A stretch of 63,990 nt of DNA, filler included, from Blastocystis sp. subtype 4 (taxonomy: Eukaryota): NCBI RefSeq assembly GCF_000743755.1. It is 8 parts of 8 records of this genome, joined end to end, with 100 filler letters (N's around TTAATTAATTAA, not from the genome) between each part and the next. Parts side by side here need not be neighbours in the genome. Positions count along the whole stretch, not along the records: positions 8,164 to 16,186 come from NW_014569165.1; positions 16,287 to 24,273 come from NW_014569164.1; positions 24,374 to 32,357 come from NW_014569163.1; 5 more parts are not named here. One strand, given 5' to 3'. The position numbers were made by a program, and so were the translations under genes. Numbering within the stretch: the stretch's first letter is position 1; the number at the start of each line of letters is the position of its first letter. This document shows, in pieces, positions 11,457 through 24,816 of the stretch. The notes below the pieces were generated by a model that saw only the letters and a list, made by a program, of their open reading frames with translations, made no database searches and was not told where the DNA came from.

Positions 11457-14400
11457 TCAATCGCTCATCGAAAATTTCGTCATCGAAATCCCCTCAACAT
11501 CATCTGCTGGGAGTTTCTTCTTCTCCTTCTTTATCGATTCTAAACTCGTAAACATTCTCTTCCCAAAGAAGTCTGCAGTGACTCCAAACCCATCTGGACT
11601 CTTTCGTAACTATTTCTCACACTCATCAATTATTGTTACTGCTTGGAAGAATTCTTCTTCTGTTGGAGCAGGAGGTAACGACAAATACGGTCTGCATATC
11701 ATATTCATCCATTAACCCACTTAAACTTGTAAGCACAACGAGAACATCCTTCATGTTCGCCTGTGACACATGCCTTATGATAACTGTGACCACATACAAA
11801 GTGAATCACAGGCAGTTCCAGAGGTAAGTTACAATTACTACACTTGGTTGCTTGGAAGAGACGAGCTCCATTCATAACATCACTAATCTCTTGCTTCAGT
11901 CCTCGACTGCTAATTGTCACTTCATCCAAACGTTCCTTATCCTATATATCAAACCACAGAGTGATATTACAGCCTGAATAATGCCTTGTTGACGCTGCAT
12001 CAAATGAATGATGTACTTCCGAACCATCCCCAATTCAATGGTCTCATTCTGACAGAGAAGTTGCATCACATAGAGTAAGGGGAGAACCTGATTCTTCTCT
12101 ACGTAATCAAGGATTTCGTGCAAAAATGAAGTATTCACAGGAGTCTGTTGAGCCAGAATCATGATCAACTGAATCCAGAGAGAACTTTGCTGCGTACCGA
12201 AGTCCTTGCACAATGTAATAGCGGCTTGACTATCATTGTTGTGAAGGTAGCGCTGGAGCAATAAGGAATACATTCCATTCTTCTTAAAGAGATATGTCTC
12301 ACCAACAGCATGATTGTATGTCTGAACCAAAATCAAGGCTTCTTCTGGATCATAACGAGCATTTGGATCCATCAACACTTTCATCACTTTATTCTCACCT
12401 TCCACTTCCGTCGCATGACTGGTTTCCTCACGTAACACCATCTCCAACAGAGTGTTCCAAGTAGAAGAATCACAAGGCTTTTCACGCTTCACCACACACC
12501 TTAGGAAACGTAGAAGGAGATCTGTGTGTGAAGCGAAGAGTGGAATGTATGATGAAGGGTTCCCACACACAGGTTCTAACACTCTCTCACCGAGTGTCGC
12601 CAGCAATGCAGGAGCTGCTGTAGCAACACGAGAGGAACTCATCAACTGAAGTCGAGAATGAATAGACTGGCGAACACTCTCTCTCAACGACAGACGAGGT
12701 GTCACTTCCACAGGAGACTCCTCAACAGGAACCTCATCCACTAGAGGGACATAGCCAACACACATAGCAATCATCAACTCTGTAGTACTGTCTCCAGCAT
12801 AATCCAATAACACATGTCCACACTCTTGAAGAATGGAATCAGCATCACTAAAAGGAAGATGATGAATGTATTGAACAGCTTCCTCATATTCCTTAGTTTC
12901 ATTGATCAGAATGTTAACATAATCATGATGCTGATTCTTATATGCGAGCTCTTTAGCTTCAGCAACACAGTTACATTCACGTAACACATGAATAGCTGTG
13001 ACAATATCAAACTTCATTCCATTGTCCTTATTATGAACGAATTCCCGTAATTTCTCATCAAGATGCATTCGAGCATAACACTTCAATAGCAAGGTTGTAT
13101 GATCCTTGTTAGCTATTCCTTGCTTGTGTAAGGCCTCTAAATACTCTGTTAAGTTTGGCAAACGATGAGCATCAAGGAAACGACGAATCACATAGGAAGG
13201 TTCGATCACTCCAATTGTCTTCACATACTCCTTCACTGCATCATCATACTCACCTTGTTCGTAAAGATAATCACCATACCTAATTATCATGACATTCCCA
13301 AAATATGGACATTTGATGGATTTCCACAATACTGTTATAATACAAATCATTACTATGAGCGATTGTAAGAGCAAGTGCATAAAGCTTCTGTTTGTACAGA
13401 ATTGCTAATTTAGTCTGAAGATCCAATCTATGTAAACAGAATATTGAATGGTTATCTGTGAATAAGAACACATCACCCCACTGAGAGAGAGCTTCTTGTA
13501 CCCATTCAGTATGATCATCTCTAATCCTTATTCTTATCTTCAATATGAACCTTTGAAGAATGGCTTGATATTCAATGAAATGAGCTTGTAAGTTATAAAT
13601 AGTTATCAATTGACTATTATCATGAACTGAACATACCAACATGCAATCCTTGAAACAACCAATACACTGTTTAGGTCCAGGAATCGCATAACAACCAACT
13701 CCTTCCATTCCTCGAAATCTGAATAATCCTCCATCTCGAGCCACCATACATTCTCCTGAATCTGTGATACAACTGCAACCTCTTCGACATCCATTCAAAG
13801 GATCTAATTCTTCATATCTGATATTCTTTCGATTCGTTCGTGCAATACAATAACAACCTGTTGTCTTCTCTGTCAACGCATACAAAAATAGACTCTTCTG
13901 ATCCTACATGTAACTTCAACAAATGAGTCATACTTCCGAATAGAACATATGTAACCCAGTAATAGGAGCATCAAAAGAATGTGAAAAGCGAATGGGATTA
14001 CATCGTCGGCTCCGAGATAAATCTCCTTGAACATAATATAGGACACCGCTTTTGCAGCCAAGTACAAGAATCTCGTTATCCTCATTTGCACACACACAAG
14101 TGACGACTTCGGGAAGTGAAAAAGTTCGAATACATTCGGGAGTCTCTGTGTCCATTGTTTTCATACGCCACAACTTCATTTCCGTAGGAGCAGAAGAATC
14201 CAATGGTGGAACCACTGGAGATAATCCTAAATCCTTTGCCATCCAGTCATATGTTGGATTAGCATACAAAGAGGCACGAACCTTCTTGCATATTTCCTGT
14301 GAGTGACTAATGTCCTCTTCACTTCTTATATCTTCATTCGAAGCAATTGTTACAAGAATATTTGAAGATCTGTACTAAATATCATTCCCATAAACACAAA

Positions 14401-14659
14401 TCAACAAAGAGGCAATTATTGATACATCCCTGATGCGCTTGAAATCGGCTCAAGGAGTAATCCTGATTCGATATAGTAACACCTCCTTCCGAGTCCGCAA
14501 ACAGAAGTTGTCCATTGCCCCCCGTAACACATGTAATATCCATCGCCTATGAACTAAGGACAATCTTGCAATCATAAATACCTGGATTGCGAACAGACTG
14601 CTTGTCGGACTGTCTGATTGCAGCAATTCCGATGTAAAGAAATCAAATTTCTTCCACAT
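11457..14659 (-). CDS. VPS11: Vacuolar protein sorting 11 (HOPS/CORVET)
   Basis: MWKKFDFF start; YGDYLY..IEPSYVIRRFLDA..NLTEYLEALH..DHTTLLLKCY; C-terminal RING FQATKCSNCNLPLELPVIHFVCGHSYH. Confidence 0.93.
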
Positions 14660-14786
14660 ATCAAGGACCTAATGCAAGTACTGACAATCGATCTTCCCAA
14701 GAAGAATTACTAGACTTCAACCTAACGACCTCTTTATAAGGTTAGATGAAACTACTTCTACCAACAAACAATTTGCAAAACAGTCA

Positions 14787-15928
14787 TTAATACTCTTCCT
14801 GATTCCCATACTACATTCAAACACTCTCATTATTCGTACATAATATGTCTGATCCTGGAGATGATAAAATCCAGATGTCTTTATATGTGTTCCATCCAGT
14901 GTCACTACACATCAGATCCTTTCATCAGTTCAACTCGTCAGTGTTACATCATAGCTCTTGTCCTCGTTCACTTTCATATCCAACATTCCTGTCACGCTCT
15001 GACCCATATTCACACCAAGTGGATTCTCAAGACACAATCGGCACTGATACCAATGAGTGCCTGATGAGTAGGGAGCTGTGGAAAGAATAACTTCGGATGA
15101 ACTTCCCACAAAGTTGACATCGAACCAACAGGCAAGTCCATGGAGTAGAGCTAATCCTGAGTATTCACTTCTATACCTACAAGTAGCTGTAATGATGAAA
15201 TTGAAGGGGATCTGGAAATGTTTCAACGAATCCACACTATCCTTCTGAAAATCAATCACATGAGTCGAGGTTGTTGCCGTGATGAGTGATGTTGTTGGAA
15301 TGTACCCCACAACAGGTTGACTAAAGACTTCCCGTTGAGCATCATCCTTCAGTCCACTAATGTCAAAGCCATAGAAATCCTTCTGCTTCCAAAACTTGGA
15401 CTTACTCTTCAGTTCCTTATATAACGAATCGTCTGAAAACACGGAAAGGAACATTGTACCCGTTGTTGGAAACATCATGCCATCAGGCTTCAAGAAACGA
15501 TCTCTAGCAATAATGTAACTCTCTAACATCCGTTCGTGAACAAGGAAGAAACCCATTGGCTCCGAAATAATAATGTCCACCTTCTCTGGAATGGTCACTT
15601 CTTCCACCTTCCCAAGAATCACTTGGATCACGTTTTCAAAACCATTAGCTTTCACCAGACGACGTGCATAACGAACCATTCCGCTGCATTCCACTGCATA
15701 CACCTTTTTCGCTCCAGCTTGAGCGGCGAACAAGGATAATATCCCCGATCCAGTTCCTACATCCAAGACTACCTTTCCCTCAAAATCAGAAACATTATAA
15801 GACACAGCATTGTAGTATGTTCCTGTTCTGATTGAATCCTGGAGCATGTTCTGCTGATGAGCAAGCTGACCATAGTATCGATAAAATGGATGCTCTCGTT
15901 CAGCCACTGCTACCTCTCCGTTTTCCAT
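14787..15928 (-). CDS. CARM1: Protein arginine methyltransferase, CARM1/PRMT4-like
   Basis: YYGQLAHQQNMLQDSIRTGTY, VLDVGTGSGILSLFAAQAGA, ISEPMG..ERMLESY, THWYQ. Confidence 0.9.
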
Positions 15929-16286
15929 AATCGTGATAATAAGAATGGCGTAAACGTAGCCCACTATTCGGAGTCTATAATGAAGTCTATTTTGGAATTA
16001 CATAAAGAGATTCTAGATCTTGACATCTGAAATATACAATATCTCTTCGTCTGTACTGGTATTTAGTGCTGTTAAGGTTACGTAGAAATTCTTATGTTAT
16101 TCAGTCATATCCACTCAATGTGAAGGATACTAGATGAATGAGATAGAGGTGCAGTATCGATTGAAATGAGTACAATGGATTTGAGGNNNNNNNNNNNNNN
16201 NNNNNNNNNNNNNNNNNNNNNNNNNNNNNNTTAATTAATTAANNNNNNNNNNNNNNNNNNNNNNNNNNNNNNNNNNNNNNNNNNNN

Positions 16287-17625
<1,339 letters not shown>

Positions 17626-17670
17626 GAGTTTGTTTGTTTCTGAAGTATTCACATTCTTATTGCTGAGATC

Positions 17671-19187
17671 ATGGATTTACCAATCTATTCGAGCTATCAT
17701 ATAGACAGAGATACAGCATCNNNNNNNNNNNNNNNNNNNNNNATTCAAGTAGAATTTATTGAAATTGACTTAGTGATAGGAGGCTAAGAAGATTATGAAA
17801 CATAGTAGGAAAGAAAAACTAACAATCAGTGATCTTCAAACAGCTCTTCGAATTCTATGTTTTGATGTTTGAGATGAAGGTTGAATGTAATAATAAGAGG
17901 ATTATTGGTCATTCAAATGAGATATCAACCAAGTTCAAAATGGTGAAGCCAAATAGCAATGTTATTCAAATGGAAGACTCAATTGTTTCGGTTCAGGATA
18001 TTCTAAACAATGAAGTTCCTGAGATTCCTCTAGAAACCACCTATAATGTCTCTTGGTTAGTAATCAACGGAAAACAGATTGCAAACATTCCTAAATGTGT
18101 TTTTGAGAGAAAAGAGTGATATCTAGTTCATGGAGAAGATGAGGTTCAAGAGGAGAGTAATGAGTTGGATATTTCCCTCCGCAATTCCTCAATTCATTCT
18201 TTATCGTTTGAATGTGAGTTGTATCTGAACAATATCAAGACTCGTATGTTCAGTACGAACAGTACAGCCAAGGCAGAAATGTATCACCAGATCCATGTGG
18301 ATGAAGGATTGAAACAGATTCTTCCATATCTGGTTCATTGGATTCAAAGTGAAGTAGAAGTAGTTATTTGTGTTCATAATAGGTTCAATCGATTTTGAGG
18401 ACAAAACCAGAATGTATGCTATCCTATTTAGACTACATCATGCATGTGACTCATAGTCTTATTCTCAATATCCATCTTAATACAGTTCTCTATGTCCCTT
18501 TTGTTCTTCTCTCTAATCTCTAGTTGCATCTTCTGTTACCATGTATCTTGTCGTGTTGTGTAAGCAAAACATTGAGTATATCGTCTGCAGAGGATCACTG
18601 GAGTTTACGGGATCTCTCTTCTATCATTATTGCTGATATCAACTTCAAGTAGGTGTAGAGTGGTTTGTTAAGCCTAGATACAGTTCACAATACCCGAAAA
18701 TGCAGAAACAAATCTATGTAACATTGAACAAGGTCTTGCATAATCCTAAATCGACGTTACCTTCGGTATATGGAGCTATTCAATGTAGTGAAGATGGGTT
18801 GAGTGAGATGTAGGTATTCGATGCATGGGAGATAATGCCATTGAAGTGTTACTAGTTCCTGTGTTCCGAGAGATGTCAATGAATCTAGAGAAGTTGGTAA
18901 AGAGTGAGAAGAGCGCATTAGCCCATGTTCAGATTCATCGTTGTCTTCATGCACTCACAGTAAGAATGGAGAGATGAAGTAAGGAATAGGAGATAATTGG
19001 TGTCGTATCGAAGACTCTGATACGAGGAATTGAAGTGAATTGTGCATCTCCTATGATTTGTGAAGAGTTTGAGAAGAAACTCCAACAGCTCCCAAACACA
19101 CGCGAATTGGTTCTAACAGAAGCAACACTTCCTCTCTGCTATCATCATATGGAGGGAGTGTGGGACTTGTGTGATGTTGTAATTTAG
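17671..19187 (+). CDS. TAF6: TFIID subunit TAF6 (multi-exon, small internal N gap)
   Basis: EAKKIMKHSRK histone fold; HSLSFECELY; DEGLKQILPYLVHWI; DHWSLRD. Confidence 0.8.
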
Positions 19188-19212
19188 TTTCATTGTTTGT
19201 TTCTCCTCTTCA

Positions 19213-20602
19213 ATGGCACTTCGTCAGATATTGATGTTGGAATTGTCGGACATTGTAGGTCCGGAAAACGTGGAAGATATGACAAAGTGAGCACTTGGAG
19301 ACTTGACTAACATTGAGTTACATTCTTTCGTTTCAAGATGTAAATGATATTAAATCGACTCTCAAAGATATTATTGGAAATGAAACTGTTGCAAACAATA
19401 TAGCTATTGAAATCCTGAAATCGCGAGGACAAGTGGGAACAGATTGAGTATTTCTAATTTTGTAGTACCAAGAAGAAGAAAAGAAACTAACAGCAATCAA
19501 ACCGAAAGAGGTGGCTGTAGTGAATAAGTATTCTCAATTGGAAAGTGTACCAAAAGGAGTAGAATCGATTCAAGAGCCATCAAAGAAGAATGATGTGAGT
19601 TCTCTTCCTACTTCATCTGATGACTCTCCAGCAGAAGTGAAGGAGGTGGATGAATACAAGAGTTCAAAGTCAAAGAAAGATTCTGGTATTGGAGGACATA
19701 CACGACCTCTTCAATCTAGTGTGATTCGTAAGAATTCAACTTGGAATTAACTGTAGCAAAGCCAAAGTGTCATTGTCTAGGTACAATTCATCCTGTATTG
19801 TTCAATTGTGTGGAATGTGGGAATATCATCTGTACAGAGGAGCAGTTGGAAGTGTGTACATTCTGTGGAGCTTTCAGTCGTCGATATCGTCAAACCCATC
19901 GGGCTGAAGATGATGAGAATCTTCGGAAAGCTATTGAAAGCAAAGTGAGAGTAGAATGTCATAGTTGACGAATAGAATCGTCTCCTTCAGTACGATCGTG
20001 AGAATTCTGCTCGATCTCAAGTGTAAGAGGAGATTACTGACTTGAACTGTAGTTATGATGATCAACAGGACTATTTCGATTTGAATGATAAATGGAGTGG
20101 AAGGAAGGTATCAGGAGATGCCTACAAGCCAGTGTATGTGGAACGATCGAAGGTAGATAAGTGTTGAAGACATTAGAAATAGCAACCGATTGCAATTTCA
20201 TTCGATTTTGCTGGACGAAGAGTAGTGATGGATGAGAAGAGAGGTGGTATTGAAAGAACAGGATGATACTTAGTGATGGAAACAAAGAAACAGATGGAAG
20301 AACCTGTTGAAGAACCAAAGATGCAGAATACAAGTGGATATTATGTGGCTCCAAGTACAACGAAGGATATGAAACCAAGCAAATCACATANNNNNNGTGA
20401 TCACAAGTATCACAATGATACATTGAATGGGAAAGCAGGTTTATTATATGAAGTGGGATTAAGAGATGAAGATGAGAGATAGAGTATTTCAAAGAAACTT
20501 CAACAAGGAATCAAGTTGAGTGAAGTACGAGTAGTAAATGGAAAGAAAACACAACATGTGAGTAAGAACTGGAAGAAAGAAGGAGAAGACTTTTTGATTT
20601 GA
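19213..20602 (+). CDS. TRIP4: ASC-1/TRIP4 (Rqt4)-like C2HC5 zinc-finger protein; no ASCH domain seen
   Basis: CHCLGTIHPVLFNCVECGNIICTEEQLEVCTFCG followed by RLLQYDRENSARSQ..YDDQQDYF. Confidence 0.8.
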
Positions 20603-20633
20603 TTGAGTATGTGTTGAACAAATCCAAATCCAA

Positions 20634-22108
20634 CTACAATAGACTCATTTTGGTGAGAATCATCTTCATATTCCAAATTACCAAGCGACCATCCAATCCT
20701 AGAGTTCAATTCCTTCCTTCAATTCTACCACAAGAGGATATCTCTGTACACATAGATCCATCCCATGTTTTCATCTGTAACTCCACAATCATATTCTTAT
20801 GACATCCATTCATTGTAGAACCCGTAGCTGTTCGGGAATTCACTGTTCGCACACTTGACACATTTGCATTCGATTGAAGCATCTATTCTCACATCTCTCT
20901 CTCAAGAATACTCGAATTCTCTCTTGAAAGGAAGTCGAAACAGAAGAGGAGGAAGAAGGAGAGGAAGTGTCTGCAATTCCCACATACTCCCTACAATCAT
21001 ATTCATTCTCTATCTCTACCAAACATCCGATTTCTTAGCTAGAATATGAAGATTATTATCAAATCCTCCAGCAGCCACAATTCTATCTGTGATGAACAAG
21101 AGACTTGTGAAAGGAAGAGTAGGACAATGAACAGTCTATTGTTTACCCTCTTTGATCATTCTCACCTGCTTGGTCATTATATGACCTTTGAATTCAAGGA
21201 AATGAGTATCACTATTTCGATCTATATCTCATTCTTTCTTCTTTCTAACCTGTATATGCAATGATATCATTCTTTGGATTCACAGCAATATCTTCCACAA
21301 TTCCACACTTATCTCCAAATACAAATCCGAACAGTTCCTTTGTAGAAATATCGAATGGACAATCTCGGATTCTTTTCATCAATTCTTTCATCTACTCTTA
21401 CGGTTCTGAAGGATCATAGTATGTACTTACGATATTCATTGAACCATCTAACGATCCTCTGCATAGTAACTGACCTGTTCGATCCCAACAGACACAGAAG
21501 ATACTTCCACGCGTTTTATTCGATACTGTAGGAGTTCCATCTGCTGCTTCAGGTTCTTCTTCACGTTCCTGTTTCACATGGAGACCACTGGGATGAACCC
21601 ACAGATTCTGATCTGCATTGAAGGTACAAATACGAACTACAGAATAATTGATCTTCATTGAATACGCTTCTTTTCACTTGATCCAACAGCGAAGGCCTTT
21701 CCATTAGGTGACCATTTACAACACAAAGCAGCTCGCTTGATCTTCAAAACTACAAGGGTTGGAATCCATTTGTTATTTTCATAATTCCACACATAAGCAT
21801 TGCAATCTTCTGAACAAGAAAGAATGCGATTATAGTTCGGATCCCAGTCCAAAGCAGTCACAGGAAGATCATGCTATACTAAATCAATTCTTGTCAATTC
21901 TTACACCGATTAGAGTGTGAATCAATTTCCAGTCTTCAAACTTGGACGACTTTCCTGTCTCATACACAAGAATATCATTTGAATTCCTTGTAGCCAATGC
22001 AATTTCTACAAGATTAACGAGTTCTATCAATTCAAAACGAGTTCTATCCTTGTTCCAACAATGACATGTTATTGTCTTTGCTACTTTGAATACTGTCACG
22101 GGTTGCAT
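20634..22108 (-). CDS. ARPC1: Arp2/3 complex subunit 1 (WD40)
   Basis: ITCHCWNKDRT; RILSCSEDCNAYVW; WIPTLVVLKIKRAALCCKWSPNGKAFAVGS; C-terminal LDGRLVIW. Confidence 0.92.
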
Positions 22109-22263
22109 TTCTAGAAGTATTAAAAATAAGATCATACATGGATACAGGTTGTCAAGTAGAAAGAAGAAACTGGCATTCGGCTCCCAATGGGACAGCCCAG
22201 AAAAAGGCACCCCAAGAGACGAAGAATCCCAATTGTTTCATTCTCTTCAGCAAGACATCATTC

Positions 22264-23871
22264 ATGAGTAAGAGTGAGGAGAAGAGAAGAGACGATTTGG
22301 TTAAGGAGGAAGAGGCGTTTACAGACCTATTGTTTGGAGATGTGAAGGAAGCTGACACTATGGAAGTGAATCGAACTGTGGATGAGGATGAAAAGGAACT
22401 TCCTGCATTGTGGCATGATTCAGACGATGAGGAAGTTCGAGTGGAGTTGAAACGAATTGCTCGCAATCGCAAATTCCGTAAAGAAGAAACAGAGAGCGAA
22501 ATTACGGGAGGAGAGTTGAGTAAACGACTTCGGACTCAGTAAAGTGTGTTTTGTATATTCTAATATGTAGATTGTTGACAAATAAAGAGGTTGATGATAT
22601 GTTTGCATTGAAAGAAGAAGGTATGGAAGATGAGGTTTCTGAGTTACTTCGAACAACAAAACGTTTTCTTGGAAAGAGTAGAGTGATTGGTCCTAATCAT
22701 ATCAGTATCCAACGTATCAGTTCGTTTTGTATGACTGCTGATAATGGTGAGAATTCGGAAGGGAATACAAAGGTGGAGATTGTGTTAGATATTGATGAAT
22801 AGAAGACAATTCGATTGGTTTCATTTCATCGTTCGGCTTCTTGTTTCCTGGCTTTGAATCGTCAGAATTACATTCACATCTATGATATTGACAATGGAAT
22901 CTGTTCATGTCGTAAGGTTCTTCATCTGTCAAACTTCCTAGTGAAGGAAGTCTGTTGGACGAGTAAGAACACGTATGAATGGAAGTAAGAATGAAGAGTA
23001 GATTGCTATTGACTCCAATGAATCGAGAGTTCCTTCTGTATTATGATTTGGAACGGGATGTATCCTCTCAGATCTTCAATATGCCTGGTCAGAGTTCGAG
23101 AGATGGTTGATTGATAGGATATCAAGAGATCAAAGAGTCACGGATTCGAGTGTCACCTGATGGTCGTCGAGCTCTGTTGTTAGGGAATCAAGGCTCTATC
23201 TTCTGTGTGGATCTGTCAGTACGTCGTACTGAGAAGCCTCGTCAATTGGCATCTTCGATTCGTGATGGTTGTTTCTATGATAATGATACTTGTTATTTCA
23301 TTAGTGGTTGGAACTGGAGTAGGAGAATGATGAATAGAAGACAGTCATATTGTGGAATATGACTTACAGCATAATACAGTAGTAGCAAACTATTGGGATA
23401 AAGATCTCTTTGGAGCTTGTTGTCTTCATGTCAACGGGAATTACATGGCGATTGGGTAGAGGAAGAAGGAATAAATGAAAGATAGAGATCAGACAGGGAT
23501 TCTATCAGTGTACAACACACCAACATGTTTGAATACAACGGAGATGGAAGATGTGTATCGTGTGATTCATCCTTTGAAGTGTTTTAAGAATCTGGTGACT
23601 TCGATTTGTTCTGTGGCAGTGAATAATGATAATACACTCGTTGTATATGCGAGTAGAGAGAAGAAAGATCAACTTCGTATTATTCATCTACCTAGTCTAA
23701 CAGTATATTCGAATTGGCCAGATCCACAAGAGGGATTGAATTATGTTCGTACTCTATCAATTAGTGGTGATAATCGTATTGAATGATAGGAAGAGTGATT
23801 TGTAGAGTATTTAGTATTGGGTACAAAGTCAGGAAAGCTTCTTTTATATCGTTTTAATCATTTCTATCAAT
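22264..23871 (+). CDS. UTP18: U3 snoRNP protein UTP18 (WD40)
   Basis: ALWHDSDDE; FKNLVTSI..ASREKKDQLRIIHLPSLTVYSNWP; GKLLLYRFNHF. Stop probably completed by poly(A) at T23871. Confidence 0.88.
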
Positions 23872-23898
23872 TCTCTGTTTATGAGTTCCAAACAATGA

Positions 23899-24273
23899 AA
23901 GAAGGAAAAGACACATATTTATCGAAGATTTGAGAGGTGTAGTTCCTCATCATCGGAAAGAAGGAAGGAGGAAGCTCTTCTAACAACTGACCTACAGTTG
24001 AACGATAAGACGTGCAACCAACATGGATTTCCACCAATATGACTGAATGGACCAATAACTGAATAGGCAGGAATCACAGTATGAGGATCAATGACACAAT
24101 TATCCTTGATTACACATCCCTCATTCTACACTTCATAGTGAGAATTCATTAGATACTAAGACACATCCTTTTCCTATTCCAACTTGATCACCGATTCGAA
24201 GTGCTTGAATCTGACAATCCTCTTGAATGATTACTCCACGTCCTATAGAAATGAATGGTCGTTCTCTTCTTCC
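23899..24273 (-). CDS. DCTN5: Dynactin p25 subunit, 3' part (left-handed beta helix)
   Basis: IGRGVIIQEDCQIQALRIGDQVGIGKGCVL..CVIKDNCVIDPHTVIPAYSVIGPFSHIGGNP..ELP. Confidence 0.8.
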
Positions 24274-24816
24274 NNNNNNNNNNNNNNNNNNNNNNNNNNN
24301 NNNNNNNNNNNNNNNNNTTAATTAATTAANNNNNNNNNNNNNNNNNNNNNNNNNNNNNNNNNNNNNNNNNNNNGGGCCTTTTTGTCTGCATTTTACTGGC
24401 GATTTTGTCTGGTAGGGTTAACCCTGTATAGCTACCCAGGGTTGGAGGCCCATGTTTGCGACGGTTTGTCTGCTTCTAAAAAATACGTAACATGCGTCAA
24501 TTACCTACTACTTTTTTGGATAGTGATGATTGATGATTGAATTTGAATTAGACATTCCATCACTTACTGAAGATGGAATTCGGATAAAGTATTCAGTTTT
24601 GTGCAGCAGCTGCATAGTTCAAGTATGATTGATTGATTGATGATAATTGAGATGCTGATTCTCTTGATCAATTTATTCGACAGAAGAGTGCTTTCTTAAG
24701 TAGAAAAATAATTGATCGTATGATATCGATTTGAATGTCAATGATGTTGTAGTGAAGATCATATTATCTATCTGGTATCCTTGTTTTAACCAAACAACTT
24801 ACACACCAAATCATCC

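Noticed and set aside
16056..16130. GTATCCTT...CCTTAAC...AG on the minus strand, resembling a U12 GT-AG intron
   Set aside because: No reading frame is restored, and it overlaps what looks like an ordinary ctag acceptor of a truncated terminal exon.
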